From: Saccostrea cucullata
Taxonomy: Eukaryota
NCBI RefSeq assembly: GCF_032062105.1
Contig: NW_026928881.1
Location: 62,001 to 126,000, forward strand
Length of the DNA stretch: 64,000 bases
Reading direction: 5' to 3'
Numbering within the stretch: position 1 is the stretch's first letter; each line of letters begins with the position of its first letter. Positions 13,424-26,694 of this stretch are shown here, in pieces. A program made the translations under genes and the position numbers. The notes under the pieces are model-generated. The model had not been told where the DNA came from, ran no database searches, and saw nothing but the letters and a program-made list of their open reading frames with translations.

Positions 13424-14155
13424 TTTTAGAATTTCTTACAAATTTGTATATGAAAAATCTTGGTTACAGTGCTTTGAACACGGCAAGATGCTCATTAAGT
13501 TCATTTTTGTCTCTTTCTGATCACTCGAGTGAGAAAATAGGTGATCATATATTAGTTAAACGTTTTATGAAGGGTGTATTTTTGTCAAGACCAACTTTAC
13601 CCAAATATCATTTTACATGGGATGTAAATAAGGTTTTAGGATATCTTAAGACATTGTCTCCTGTGCAGGATTTGTCTTTGTTTCAATCATTTTACATGGG
13701 ATGTAAATAAGGTTTTAGGATATCTTAAAACATTGTCTCCTGTGCAGGATTTGTCTTTGTTTCAATTGTCAAAGAAATTGGCAATGTTGTTAGCTTTATT
13801 ATCTGGACAGCGAAAACAAGGTTTACATCTTCTAGATGTTAGAAATGTTCTGTGAGAGATAATATGTTAATCATTAAATATGGTGACTTGTTAAAGCAAA
13901 CAAGACCAGGGCATCATTTAGATGAAATATCTGTTGCTGCTTATCCAAATGATATAGATTTATGTATTGTACATGTATATGAGGAATATATTCATAGAAC
14001 TAAAAAATTGAGGGGCTCAGAATGTAAATTGTTTATAAGTACCCAAAAGCCTCACAATCCAATTTCTGTAGATACCATTGGTCGCTGGATCAAATCAGTT
14101 ATGACAAATGCTGGAATAGACATGAACTGTTTTTCCCCGCATAGTACACGATCAG
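13270..14155 (+). pseudogene. DIRS tyrosine recombinase, disrupted and truncated
   Basis: SWRESTKRQY, YSALNTARCSLS, RPTLPKY..TWDV, LSGQR, LKQTRPG, TIGRWIK and HSTRSA are present. A 79-bp duplication shifts the frame and the C-terminus with the catalytic Tyr is missing. Confidence 0.9.
13608..13765 (+). repeat. 79-bp tandem duplication inside YR
   Basis: tcattttacatgggatg...tttgtttcaa occurs twice with one mismatch. Confidence 0.95.
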
Positions 14156-17100
14156 CACTGATTATAAGTGCATATTTAGTTTTCATGTACTTAATAGGTG
14201 CTGTACATCTTGGATGGTTTGTATACTGCGTATCTGAAACAACTTATATTCATAGCAACTCCATTGAGGTTTTTTTTTTATTGCATTTTACTTTTTAAAA
14301 AAGGAAACCCTATTCATAAGAAAAAAGTTGGAATATTCAGAGAATTCGGAAGTTTTTCAGGAGGAATCAAAGCTGCATGAATTCATGTGAAATTTTAAAA
14401 AAGCAATCAAGAAATAATTTGTAATTTACATTTGTTAATAAAAGTATATTTTATCACTGTATCATTGTTGTGAACCAAAAAGCATTATAGAGAAACAAGA
14501 GACGATAGCCGCCTGAGATTTCTTTCATGCATGATCTCTTAATATGTCTAACTCAGGCATATGTAAAATTAAGCTCTGGGCAAAAATACCAAAAAAGACA
14601 TGAAATTACAAACTGTGAGAATATTCATTGTTGTTTCTTTTAAAATCACTCTGTCTCTCAGAAGTAGTAGAGTAAGGATGATATTTATAATGTGATGATT
14701 TTTTTCTTCAATTTCATTAAACTGTAGCCCCAGCCTACAGAACCATACATTTGTTCAATTTCTCTAATTTTCGTTTCGTTACAATGAATGAATAATCTCT
14801 GATTGAACCTTGCCAAGTGATTGTGCCTTAATATTAGACATTCATAAAATGAAAAGTTATCATAAGTATACTTACTTACACTTAAAAATTATGAATAATT
14901 ATCAACAAATAAGGAAACATTTAAATGACATTTCAAATCTTATCCTATTTCTTAAAATAATAAAAACTGGAGGAAAATGTGCAAATTCTGCATAGACATT
15001 TGATATTTTAAAAACATTTTTCCCCAAAATAAAAAAAAATGAATAATCTTCTTACCATAATGAATGTAATATGACGATTTTTTTTATTTCTGAGGGAAAT
15101 GCTTAAAATGTGAAGGACACATGGAATTCTGACTGAATTCTAAAACTACTTTGTCATTCTTGGTCAAAGATTGAGATTGGAAGACCCAAGACATACTGAG
15201 TAAATTCTAGTGTTTATATATTTTGTCATTTTTAATTATTCGCCAATCTTCATTAGTTTAAGAATCACAATACTCTAAATTCAATTTTGCATCTATCACA
15301 TCTTTTAAGATCTAATGTCAATTTGGTTTGTAAGAGACGAATAATACAAGTGATTTTTATTCATACAGAAAACGAACACAATGAATTTTAATGTCTGATA
15401 TTATTTTTTCCGATAAAAGATTATAAATGATCGTATTCAAATAGAAGATAAACTCAAGAAAGTCATATATACTCATTTACTTATCAGTAGAAACATCGGT
15501 TGATGCATATTTCCATATCTGTGTTAACTTTAGCATAAGATTTATCTTGGTATTTTAAAATATTTTCACTTGACAGTGTTTATGACTACACCTTTTTTGT
15601 CGTATTCATATGTAAAAATTATTAATTAGTCATGTCAATATGTAATTCAAATTTATATCTAAAATGGTCCAATGGGCCTGGTGCAAATGGATTGATTAAA
15701 TTCATTCATGACACTTCAGAAAATGATTATTTATCTTTTAACAGGTTTGATATCTAAGGTTTTTGGTTTACCATGAAAAACTGTCACAAAATTGAAAAAA
15801 AATTATGTCATTTTCTGATTCAATTTTAGCCTGCTGTGGTTGGAAAGATATCTTTATTTGAAAATTTTGGATGTGTATTTTAATTTTTTTTATTCAACAG
15901 ATATAAAAGGTGCCCTGCTATAATTTTTACATTTATTTGCAAATAATTCAATTCGATTTGGTGATTTGTTTTTAGCTTTTAAACAATTTCAATTTCCTCG
16001 TTTAAAGTTCGTAAGTTGCATTTTGTTCAAATGGCCTTATCTTCAAATATATCATAACATTAAATAGTTTTTTTGCTAACGTGTTTTATACCAATTGTAA
16101 TGTCATTTGTTTTCATACCAAATTTGACTCGAAACATTCCGTCTACCCTTTTAACACATAAGAATACTGGCGAGCGTAACCGATCAACAGGGGTTAATGT
16201 TTCATGCCCTGTTCACGGAGTTGTATTGTGTGTTGATTTTTTTTAAAAATATGGATCAAGTTCATTACTTTCTTCTTCTTCTTCTACAAGATAAAAATAC
16301 TTGTTCATCATACTTAGGAATCGTAGCAACTGCATGATATATTTTGAATAGCAAATATATGTAGATTGGTTTAAAGTTTTAAAAAAAAATTAATTTGAAA
16401 AATGATAAAGCACAAAACCCCAAGAATTAATTGACAGAAAAAATATGTCATTAGTGTCATTATTTTATATGTATGCCAAATAAAGTTTAAAAACTTAAAC
16501 AAAAGTATGATGTTCTCTCCTGTAAACTGCATCTTAATTACAAAATTAAAATTCTAGTCTCATGAGCTACAAATGTAGAGATTCCTGTTAACACAATTTA
16601 ATGTCAGACAAGATTTTTTTAAAGGAGAAATTACATAACTTATCTCTCTTTCTTTTGAGTTTTTATAGCATTCTTTGCCTACAATTGCATACATAATAGA
16701 AATGAGAAAAGAATACATATGAAATTGTTTGATAGGGTTTCGGTAGAATATTACTAGGATCTTAAGAAAAAATATTCTTGAGATAACCATATGGCACACC
16801 GAAATGCACAAAAAGTCCAAAATGGCAGCTGCAGTCCTTCAACCAATGTGCATTAAGGAATACTTTATCATCTTTGCACTTTTTGTATTAAAGAGAACCA
16901 TGCAGTCTTACTTTTTGTTCAATGAAATATTATAAGGGAAATGTCATCTTGAACCACCAAACTTAATTTAAAGATAAAACTTCATAACATAGTGGAAAAT
17001 CCTATCGTAGGACAACCTGCAATCTCTGGGGGAAAAGTCATGCCTTAGGTTATGGTTATTTTTCAAAAAAATGTACACTTCAGACTTCTGTGGAACCTTT

Positions 17101-17269
17101 ACATTTCGTACCCTGCATCCACCTATTCACATCACGGACGAACTAATAATTAGGGTCTTAAAAGCCTTTTTTCTTTTGTAGATATACAAGAAAGAATTAT
17201 TTCGTTACTCTGACTCTGAGCATTATTCTTAATTTTACTCTTCACATGCTTGTTACATTCTGACCACTT

Positions 17270-17400
17270 CTTTTGTGTTCCAACAATTCGTGGGCACTAA
17301 CTGTGCTCCTTTATTACCCGGTCTATCTTCATGTTCTGATAAAGCAAAATTTATTTTCAAACTTCTGCAGAAGAAGAAGAAATTATTGCCGTTTCCACAT
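17270..17400 (+). mobile_element. Decayed Penelope-like RT relic
   Basis: Translates FQQFVGTNCAPLLPGL..., matching FQQSVGIPMGTNCAPLLADL at 36.0 kb. Confidence 0.65.
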
Positions 17401-17715
17401 TGGTTTCATATGATCTCAACAGAACAATCGTTACATAATCTGCTCGAAGAAAATCTGCAACTTTTTTCCTACACCGAAGTAAATTTATTTTCAGAAAAAG
17501 TTTATTCCTCTGAAAACACCGCGCATCTTCAATTTGTGTATGCTTGTCCACGCCAACATCAGGCACGTGTATTTTGAAGACCCCCCTCCACCCCTGCATT
17601 CCTACCCCTTAAAATGGGTATTAATGTGTCATGTAAAATTATATATTTGATTGGTTCTGATTTAATTTCTTTATATATATTTTTTTATGTACATGTATTT
17701 TGTTTCACTACTATC

Positions 17716-18048
17716 CTTGGCCTATTTTGTTTTGATGTGCCATCTTTTTGCTAACTTTTTCATATGATGTTTTGATTGTCTGGTCTTGGCCTATTTTGTT
17801 TTGATGTGCCATCTTTTTGCTAATTTTTTCATATGATGTTTTGATTGTCTTGTCTTACAGATACTTTTTCTAGTCAGTTTTGGGGGATCATCTTTTTGCT
17901 AATTTTTTCATATGATGTTTTGATTGTCTTGTCTTACAGATACTTTTTCTAGTCAGTTTTGGGGGATCATCTTTTTGCTAATTTTTTCATATGATGTTTT
18001 GATTGTCTTGTCTTACAGATACTTTTTCTAGTCAGTTTTGGGGGATCA
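17716..18048. repeat. Compound tandem repeat (~70-bp x2 overlapping 79-bp x3)
   Basis: atctttttgctaattttttcatatgatgtttttgattgtcttgtcttacagatactttttctagtcagttttgggggatc repeated near-perfectly. Confidence 0.9.
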
Positions 18049-19076
18049 GACATTATCATATTTTACGTAACTGCTAATCAAAGCTTGTGAATCTGATCCC
18101 CTTCTTGTTTGTTAAATTGTTCACATTTATACCGTCATTTTAATAAATGACATTATTCATCTCTATGAAAGTGTTTTATTTGACTTGTACAAAATAGCAA
18201 AAACAAGCTGCGGTGAGCTTGCCTATAAGCATAAGAATACATAAAGGTAATTGAGGAAATACCTTACTTACAATTAATTATAAATACATATGAATTAAGC
18301 ATGGTTAAAGAAATGTCTTTTTATTTTATTTATTAGATATATTAAAGCGAATTTCACATATTATTCATACTTGAAGCAAAAAATCAAATAATGTGGAGGC
18401 GTTTGAATACATGTAAATATAATTATTTGTATATTAGCGAATAGTAATTTGATGAATGAACCTCTTGTTTGGATAGCTCCAGCAAAACGTTAGTACATCT
18501 TCGAGGTCAATTTGCTGCCATAAAAGTCATAAAAAAAAATGTTTTTAAAGAGTTTCTGTTATGAAGACAATTTTTGAAAGCCTTTATTTCTTAATGATAG
18601 CTATATTTTCAAACTAACGAGTTACGTTTTTCAAGTCACACAAGAAATTTTTCGTTCCATCTTAAAGAGAACAAAAAATCTGAGACAAAAATTCTCAACT
18701 TTTATTGCAGCACACTGTATGCTATATTTTAGAAGCACATTCATTATGCATATACATAAGATATAAATGTATAAGAGTATACATAAACTTCTTTAAATAT
18801 AACAGCATTATTCTTTTCAAGTAAAGACAATTTTCCCCATTTACACTAAATTGCATCTTTTCAAATATCGGCATTCGAATGTCTACTATGTTTAGCACCC
18901 CTGAACAAGCAAACCGAACATTGTCTCATATGCAGCACAGCTTGGTCCCTGTCTTGTACGGCACCTCTTACACACTACATTTGTTCTTGAAGCAGCCTCT
19001 TTCTCTGCTAGTGATGAGAGATTAAATGCTTTGAATCCCTGCGCTTTGTTTTTGGAGTTTGGGATAACGACGTTTT

Positions 19077-20909
19077 TCATGACTTCATTCGACGACTGTA
19101 TTCATCCAGGAATGGACGAGGAATCGGAGAAGGTTGTGGCAAATGGAACTTATAGATGTCGTTATTGTTATTCATGATGTGAGATTTGTGTGCTTTTGTC
19201 AACGAAAAAGCTTTCTCTTTGTATGGAACACAGACCGAGTAAGTGTTCCTAGTGTGTTGGCAACAGGACATGTAAGAATCGCAGTCAATATCACTCTTGC
19301 ATTCTCTATTCGCAGAAGAAATGACGTAATGTGTGACGCATGTCCCTGATTGCGTCATCTTTGTGATATGTCTGGCTGCAAGAAAAAGAAATCTGGTAAA
19401 GAATATGAAAAAGAAGGTAGGTTTCATAAGCCTTTATTAAATCATGACTTCTGAATTGTTCAGTTCCATGCATACAAACTGCATTCTCATGAAACCTTCT
19501 AAATGCAATTGTGTATGCTTGAACTTGTACATCTATCTTATCGAAGTTGCAGAAAACAAATTCTTTCAGATAATATAGACCACATTGCATCGCCCATTGC
19601 CCAAAGAGATTTAAAGCAATGTCTGTTTACCAATTCAACAAACTAATGATGCCGTATTTCCAAAACTGTCTTCTTTATTACTGCAATATTCATTCACGAT
19701 TTATCACAGTATTTCATGACTCTGAAAACGTCCAGTTTAAAGGACATACATATGTACTGTTGCCAAAACTGTAAATTTCTGTATATTTCAATTTTCTAAG
19801 TAGTTATGCAATATATAAATATTTTTAAATTCTTTATTGCCCATATGTCTCATATCTCTCTATTTTTGAGCACACTGTTGCATTAATATTCTCTCTGTAA
19901 ATTTAAGCCGCCATAAATTTAAGAATGTGTTAAAGGAATGCCTTTTATAAATGAATAAGGTTAATTATTTGTTACACCTTGTAACAGAAACAATATATTA
20001 TCTATCATAGTCACTGAGGTAAACCAACTTCGTTTTTTAGCGACTTTTGATCATAACGTGATCTCCAGCGATACATCACAAACAATGTTGATTGATTCAA
20101 AGATCTTTAACATTTAACAGGTTAATGACTTCTAATTTATGTCAACTTCGATGGTGTTTTTGCGAGGAGAGTAATTTATCATGCATAACAAAACATTTGT
20201 TTAATTAAATTTTTCTTTTGTTAATTTTTAAATATTTGTGGTTAGTTTAAGACATATTCCAATACTGCTATATCAGATGATTTTGGAGGGTTACTTTTAA
20301 TTTAATGTGTTTGGCATACTGTACTCTACAAAATTTAGAATTTTCAATTAAATTGGTCATATATACAAATTTGTTGAACTTGAAAAATTCTAAATTTCTT
20401 AGAGGACAATACAATTACTTTGCCGGATTACAGATTATATTGGACCTTCCAATCATTTTATAAAAAAATTCTGAATATGCCAAGAAATAATGGTATGTAT
20501 TAAGATTTGTTGCTATTCCATGTCATTTTGGCAAGTTCTTTAAATAAAATACATTTCTCCAAGAGTATTAGAGATTAAGTTACTATTTTGTGATATGCGT
20601 GTATTTGTAACCAAGTTAGAAATTTAAGGTTTGAGGAAGATTTTGCATCAAATCCTTTGCTCATTAAGAAAAAAGTTGTAGAAAAATACAATATGCTTGT
20701 CTCATAGTTGAAATTAACTTGAAAAACATGCAAATATTTTCTGGAAAATATTTTCTATTATAAGAAATCTCTGGAAACGTCATTGGAATAAAGATACTGC
20801 AGTGAAGATAAAAAAAAAGAGCTGATGCCCCTTCAATTTAAGTTTTTTTCAAGTCCTCACCTTCTAAGAGACCAAAGCAGGCAAGAAGTACACACAAAAT
20901 CCAACTCAT
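19077..20909 (-). CDS. Secreted 6-Cys WAP-like / Pro-rich protein A (exons 20909-20861, 19375-19077; possibly extends to 18892)
   Basis: A 49-nt signal-peptide exon MSWILCVLLACFGLLE ends G|GTGAG (phase 1) and joins in frame to acceptor ttcttgcag|CCAGACAT. C-x12-C-x5-C-x5-CC-x9-C-VP, PSPIPRP; TATATA about 140 bp upstream of the ATG. Confidence 0.82.
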
Positions 20910-21799
20910 GATTTTGGAATGGAAATGTCTGCAAAGCTCGTAGTGTTGATTTGATTCAACTTTTCCTCAAATCTTGATTTTCCAAGAAGCAACCTAATCA
21001 CTTGTTAAACAGCGTTGAACTGAAGCGCCTGTCATGTAGGAGCCTTGTATATAGTCCTCGGTGACAACAGGAAGTCCCGTACAATGACATTTCAATTAAA
21101 AATGTGTTCTCGAGTTTCATCAAAACAAATGTCAACATTTTTAATTAATTCATCTGAAGCTATAAATTATTAACAACAGTTCCCAATGGTTACACATCTA
21201 ATTATCCCCGCTCTTAATGTTTTTTGTTTGTTCTTCGAGTCAAAGGCTCTTGTAAAATTTGAACCACAAACCACGAAAAAAGGTTGATAACATTTTACAA
21301 ACAGTTCAATTTTACGGTCAATCATTTAGTGATCGGGCGAATTAGCTTTGTTAATGTTTAGGCTTTATTGTGATTCACAATTTTCGAACTGTCACATTGA
21401 CAGGTTTACAGGTGTAGAGAATCTAGTGATGGTACTACGGGGTTGTTAATTAAATGAGTGCTCAGGGAAAAACCCTACTGATAATTTAATTTGCAAATAT
21501 TATGGAGTAGTTCAGTACAAATTTAAGACACATATTTTGACTGTGTCCTATGCTTAGGTAGATTTTGAGATTTATGTAATATATATCGTTTTCAATATTC
21601 GTAAGTTAAGATCTATATACCAATTAATTTACAGACAGTTTATTGTCAAATTTTCTGAAGAAGAAATCCTTTGCTTTCGAATTTACTCTAGACATTAATA
21701 TTAATCCATTAAACACAGAGAATAAAACATAATAGATGAAGTGTCTTAAAAATTTAAAATCATCATTAAAATGATCATTTTTTTGTTTTGGCTTCTGGA

Positions 21800-22100
21800 T
21801 TTGGGGTTGGTTTGTTGGATGGTTGCTGGCCTTACGTCTCCTAGCATTTTTCATTCATCTTGAGACTTCACCAATTGCTGATGGAGTGCTAAAAATTAAG
21901 ACTTGTCCTTGGTCGTTGTGGCAATTATGACTTTTTTCTTGCCAATATCTACTGCAACATGTACCTTAGTTACATGTACAGTCTCATCCGAAGGAACGTT
22001 CTCTGTGACCAGAAGTGGAATTCGAACCCGAAATACAAGGATTCAGTTCTTCCTTCACCATTCAGAACAATTACTCTAATCACTGCAGCGCGCGGGTCAC
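21800..22100 (-). mobile_element. Degenerate tRNA-SINE copy
   Basis: gtctcatccgaaggaac...gtggaattcgaacccg matches the family. Confidence 0.7.
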
Positions 22101-22144
22101 TCAGAAATTTGGTCTTGGAAAAATTATCTTAGCTCAGCGGTTTT

Positions 22145-22448
22145 GGTTTTGTTTGTTTGTATATACTATAGTTTAACGTCTTTGTCGATAATTTTTTAAT
22201 CAATGGATTCTCCACCATCTGCGGGGGAGAGCTGCAAATTTTGTGCTTTACATCTCGGCACTAAAAGCCTTTGAGTGAGGAATCTTTTTCGTGCCACCAC
22301 TTTCTGCAAAACGGGACCTCACTTATTAACGGTCTCGTCCGAAGAACTGGTCTCCATCTCCCACAATGGGATTCGAAGCCGCGACCTAAGGATCAACTCC
22401 TTCCGTCACGACACTAGAGCAGATGCTCTAACTACTGCGCCACGCGGG
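22145..22448 (-). mobile_element. Near full-length tRNA-SINE copy
   Basis: On the minus strand: head CCCGCGTGGCGCAGTAGTTAGAGC (A-box), B-box-like TTCGAATCCC, core and (aaac)n tail. Confidence 0.85.
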
Positions 22449-22997
22449 TTTTGGTAGATTTTTAGTATTATAGTCGTCAGATTTTTTTTTTTTTGAAAAC
22501 AGGTTTCTTGATTCTTAACTATTAGAAAAACACTTGTTATAAGTTTACTGTTATTATACACTGTACCAATACTAATTTTGAACGTATAAATTACTGTAAA
22601 TAGAAAACTGAAAAATATGCAGGTGCAAGCTTTCACACTGCATACATTTTATAGATATTTTGCTCTTGATTTCAGTACATCACTACGACATCAAGACATA
22701 TGTTTTAGCAGAATTACCCCACCTTAAATATTTGCATAATGTGCATGTATTTCTATTACCAAAATTTTAATTTGCATAATTATGTACAATGTTCTGCAAC
22801 ATTTTTATCCAATGTTAAATGACAAATTACACGATTACAATTTTATGCTACACCGGAGAGGTTTTATTGTCCTTGAGACTATTTCACCTTGTTTTGCTAT
22901 TTATATTCTTGAAATGAACAAGAATTTTCATTTCAATAGCTGGTTGTTGGTTGTAGCTATTCTTAAATGTTGTGAAATAAGAATCGAACGTTTCACC

Positions 22998-23575
22998 TTT
23001 TTATGCTCTCGTAATCGAAGTTTGGGAGTTCACAGGTATGCTCTGTCCGTACGTCTGTCTATCCGTCTGTTTGTCGGCAAAAATATTAACCTAGCCCATA
23101 TCTTAAATTTAATTTGGTGGAGCTAGAAATTTCATATAAATTTCACAGTGACAAGACCTAAAATAGGGTATCACAGCATTTAACCTCTTTACCTGGACCT
23201 TAGGGTTTCACCCACTTTTGCTGTAAAATCACCATACTTTAATCTTGGCTTTAACTGTTGAACGTTTGATTTCTAGGGATGTCATACTTCAATGTCTATT
23301 TCTTGTCACAAGACCTTTCCATAAGATTAAAGGCTTAAGATATTTTGACCTTGGAGTTTGACCAACTTTCAAAAACTTTTACCTTTGGCATTGGCCAGAA
23401 CTTTGGAATGATTGGTGCTTGAGCTTTCACGAGTATAGCCGGTACTCATTAAGACAAGTCATTTCTCTGGGTATCAACATTTTTGACCTTGGAGTTTGAC
23501 TTTTATTTGAGAAGCTTAATCATTCGCTATCAGCTGCCACAAGGGGGCTTCAGTATTTCACGAACACATCTTGTT
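22998..23575 (+). mobile_element. Degenerate Helentron-type non-autonomous element (HINE)
   Basis: 5' ttttatgct...gtccgt/ctgt microsatellite, internal gacaagacct/tttgaccttggagtttgac repeats, 3' end cacatcttgtt. Confidence 0.65.
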
Positions 23576-24360
23576 TATTCGTGCCCCTAGTACAGCAAAA
23601 ATTGGTGGAATTTAATGCAACTTTACATGAAGAATATTTCAATTCTTGAGCACACTTTCGTGATTCTGTACTTCTAAGATGTTTTCACAATCAACCGTTT
23701 GGCAAATACTGTTAATAAAGATGACAAAAAGATTTGCGTTGCTGATTAACATTTGATACATGTAACACTGTTTGATTCTTTTATGATCTTGCAGCAAAAA
23801 GTACAAATTTTAAATTTCTTTAACACATCGAAAAATTCAAGTAGAGTTCATTGCTGTAATTCGTGCTTCGTTGTAATTTCTAACATCACAAGGAAACAAG
23901 GAAAAAAAATTAATGTTCAGAAAAACATAAAATATATATTGTAACCCAGGTGTAATTAAATGTTATCCATTTAACGAATAAAAATAGCTAGAGATCTATC
24001 TTAGGGCTCCTGAATGCGATGATTAAACCGTATACAATTTCTGCCAAACACAATGGGCCGCACTTTGACGCGTTGACGTATTTCACATACTAGTAAATCC
24101 CCTCGACGTTAAAAAACCACAGTCTCTTGACACATCATATCCTTGAAAATGTCCGATGTAAAAACACACTTTAACTTTTAAAATAGAATTCACATTTTTT
24201 CAAGTACCTTCAAGTCTTATGAGGATATACATACCATCATCATGACTTTCAAATTGTCCATCACACATGTCTCCAGAAATCTTAAGGTATTCCGATGCAT
24301 ATTCGTTTTAAAAGTAATCTATTCACGATTAAGTCCTTCTTTGGTTCTTTAAGTTACATA

Positions 24361-24875
24361 TCACTTATAAACAATATTCGTAGGAGCATAGATATAATTT
24401 GGAGGCGACACGGAGGTGAACGAAGCAAGAAGAGGGATGGGAATAGGGCGGGGTATGGGTAGCGGTAATGTCGACTCCCCCGGGGGTCGTGACCTCGGGG
24501 GATACTGCACGATGACAATGTCTGTAGGTCTAAGAGGAACACATATTGATTGCTCCGATGATCGAATTCTACAACACACAGATGAAATGTCACAGTCTGA
24601 GTTACTTTTACACATTGTCGATATAGACACAAAATTAAATGCGTTCGCACAGTTCCCCGAATTTGTTAGTCTCTGTACTCCATTGATATAACGACCTGTG
24701 AAAAGAAAATCAATCAAGTTTTAATTTAACAGGATAACAGATCTTTTTTTTTAACCAGAGTTTTTAAACTTTAAAAATCAAATATTCTCGAATTTGTTTT
24801 TAAAATGTCATTGATTATCGGCGTACCTGTTACTGTTCCCAGGACGCTGAATAAAATAAAGTTTTCCCAAATCAT
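24361..24875 (-). CDS. Secreted 6-Cys WAP-like / Pro-rich protein B (exons 24875-24827, 24695-24361)
   Basis: A 49-nt signal exon MIWENFILFSVLGTVT ends CAG|GTACG (phase 1); acceptor ttttcacag|GTCGTTAT. Same Cys spacing as protein A; tail PPRSRPP...PLPIPRPIPIP. Confidence 0.85.
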
Positions 24876-26694
24876 TTCTAAAATCAAAAATACGTTAAAT
24901 TGAAAATAAAAATTTGTAAACAATAATAATGCTTATATTGTATATAACTATTTACGTGTATAAATTAAAAATATATTAGTACCTACTGATCAGAAATCAA
25001 TTTCAAATATTTCATGACCAAACCTACGGATCAATTAAATTTAAAAGCTATGTTTTAGCAGTTTTATATGATGACGGCTCATCATGTTTTCATTTTCTTT
25101 TACAAGGAAGTTTTATTACCATTATGTCAAAAGGTTAGTACTATGATAATTGATAATAATTAATTTCGTTAATCAAAGGGGTGAATTTTGGGAAAACTTG
25201 TACTTTTATGGCTGGAAAATATGAAACGAACCCGAAAATTACCTCAAAGTTCCCAGCAGACCATTCATAGGTTTTGTTTTTTGACAAGAGACATTAATGA
25301 AATCTATTAAGATAAAGGTAAAATAACTTATGGGATCTGTGTGACATCTCCGTGTTAGTGGAAAGTCTGATTAGCGGACGCTTAGAAATCATTTGAAAAA
25401 AGCCCGAATTTGCTGTAATTTATATACATCATTTGATTTACTTAATTTAATTACCTTGTAGTAAATTACCTTGTAGTAAATTAACTCATTTATTAATTCA
25501 ACTAATGAATATTTGTTATTGATATTAAGCAAGTAAGATTAGACAGCATAATCAACTCGGCTCATATTTTTATTTCATGTCATTCACAAATTCTATGTTT
25601 CGAGTGTATTTGCCGTCAAGGAAGTCTGTTTGCCTTCTTAACAAATTTCGATTCTTTGAAGCAAAATTAAGAATATATTGAACCACACAGAAAGAGGCTG
25701 ATTAAAGGTTCTCCAAAACCTCTTTGATCGGTGCAAAAACAGAAAAACTTGTATCATAGAATATTTCAACACAAGAGGTTACCCAAGAAAAGATGCGAAA
25801 TAGCTGAATGAAGATGTTACAAATTGGCCAGACGTTCACAGATTTTGCGTGTACGAATGCTTTGGATGCTGTTACTAATCAGGTTAAAACTGTTATGTAA
25901 TTATTAGTCCATGTAACCATAATTGGATTCTGTCTCTAGGAAGGAGCTACCCTTTCGACCCATGACCCTTCATGTTTTTTTTCTTTTTGGCTTAGTGTGA
26001 CATACATTGTCCAGTCATTCTTTTTTACGAATCTCTTTATGTAGCTTTTTTTTTTTTAACTTATATGAATAGAATGAATGTATTTCCTTGATGTAAAGTA
26101 TATGTAACTGTTTAGTTAATTGTGTGAAAAATATATATATAAAATATTTTCACTTACCTGAATTATTCTCGTTGGCCTAGTGTCAAAAGCTGAATCAGAA
26201 CTGAAGTATATATACTTGTGTGTATGGAATATGATAGACATTTGCTATCAATCTTGAAAATTGCTTCCTCTACGTTATGTTTTCTATCTATTACCAAATT
26301 TTTGCCACGCATGGTCACTAATTTTGATAAATTAAGCCTTGTCCATTATAAAAATTATATATTAAAAGCTTCGGTTGCTATGTGTGTCTTCGTTGTTATC
26401 GGGAAGAAAAGTTTGAGGTTCTCTGCTTCTTTGCATCGTATTGAGTTTCAACATTAAAGACTACGGCCATTCTAAGGAAATATGACACCTTGTTGCCACT
26501 TGTGCTTTAAAGAATATATGAAGAATATATTAATACATCTCTCACTGGTAACTATAAGTACATTTGGAATATTTTTAATGCCCAATGCCCCCAAATAATA
26601 ATCCTAAAAAATCAGTATTCACTTATGATGTGCCACCGCTTGTGGCAGGGGCTAGAGCTTTTGCTCTATACAAGGCTTGATATTTATGTTGCCT

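Larger units (their letters stand above)
9726..14155 (+). mobile_element. DIRS-type tyrosine recombinase retrotransposon, 3'-truncated
   Basis: Order gag / RT-RNaseH-MT / YR. Boundaries defined by comparison with the empty site in copy A; flanked by CACTGATT at 9718-9725 and 14156-14163. Confidence 0.93.
8585..15845 (+). repeat. Tandem segmental duplication, copy B (pseudogene copy interrupted by DIRS)
   Basis: Homologous to 4180-8250. ORFs 8649-8909, 9393-9704 and 14198-14380 are remnants of the same exons; the donor at 14164 reads AT where copy A has GT. Confidence 0.9.

Noticed and set aside
9726-14155. Ngaro element or prophage integrase/methylase module
   Set aside because: The gag-RT-RNaseH-MT-YR order is diagnostic of DIRS/PAT-like retrotransposons; no phage genes are present.
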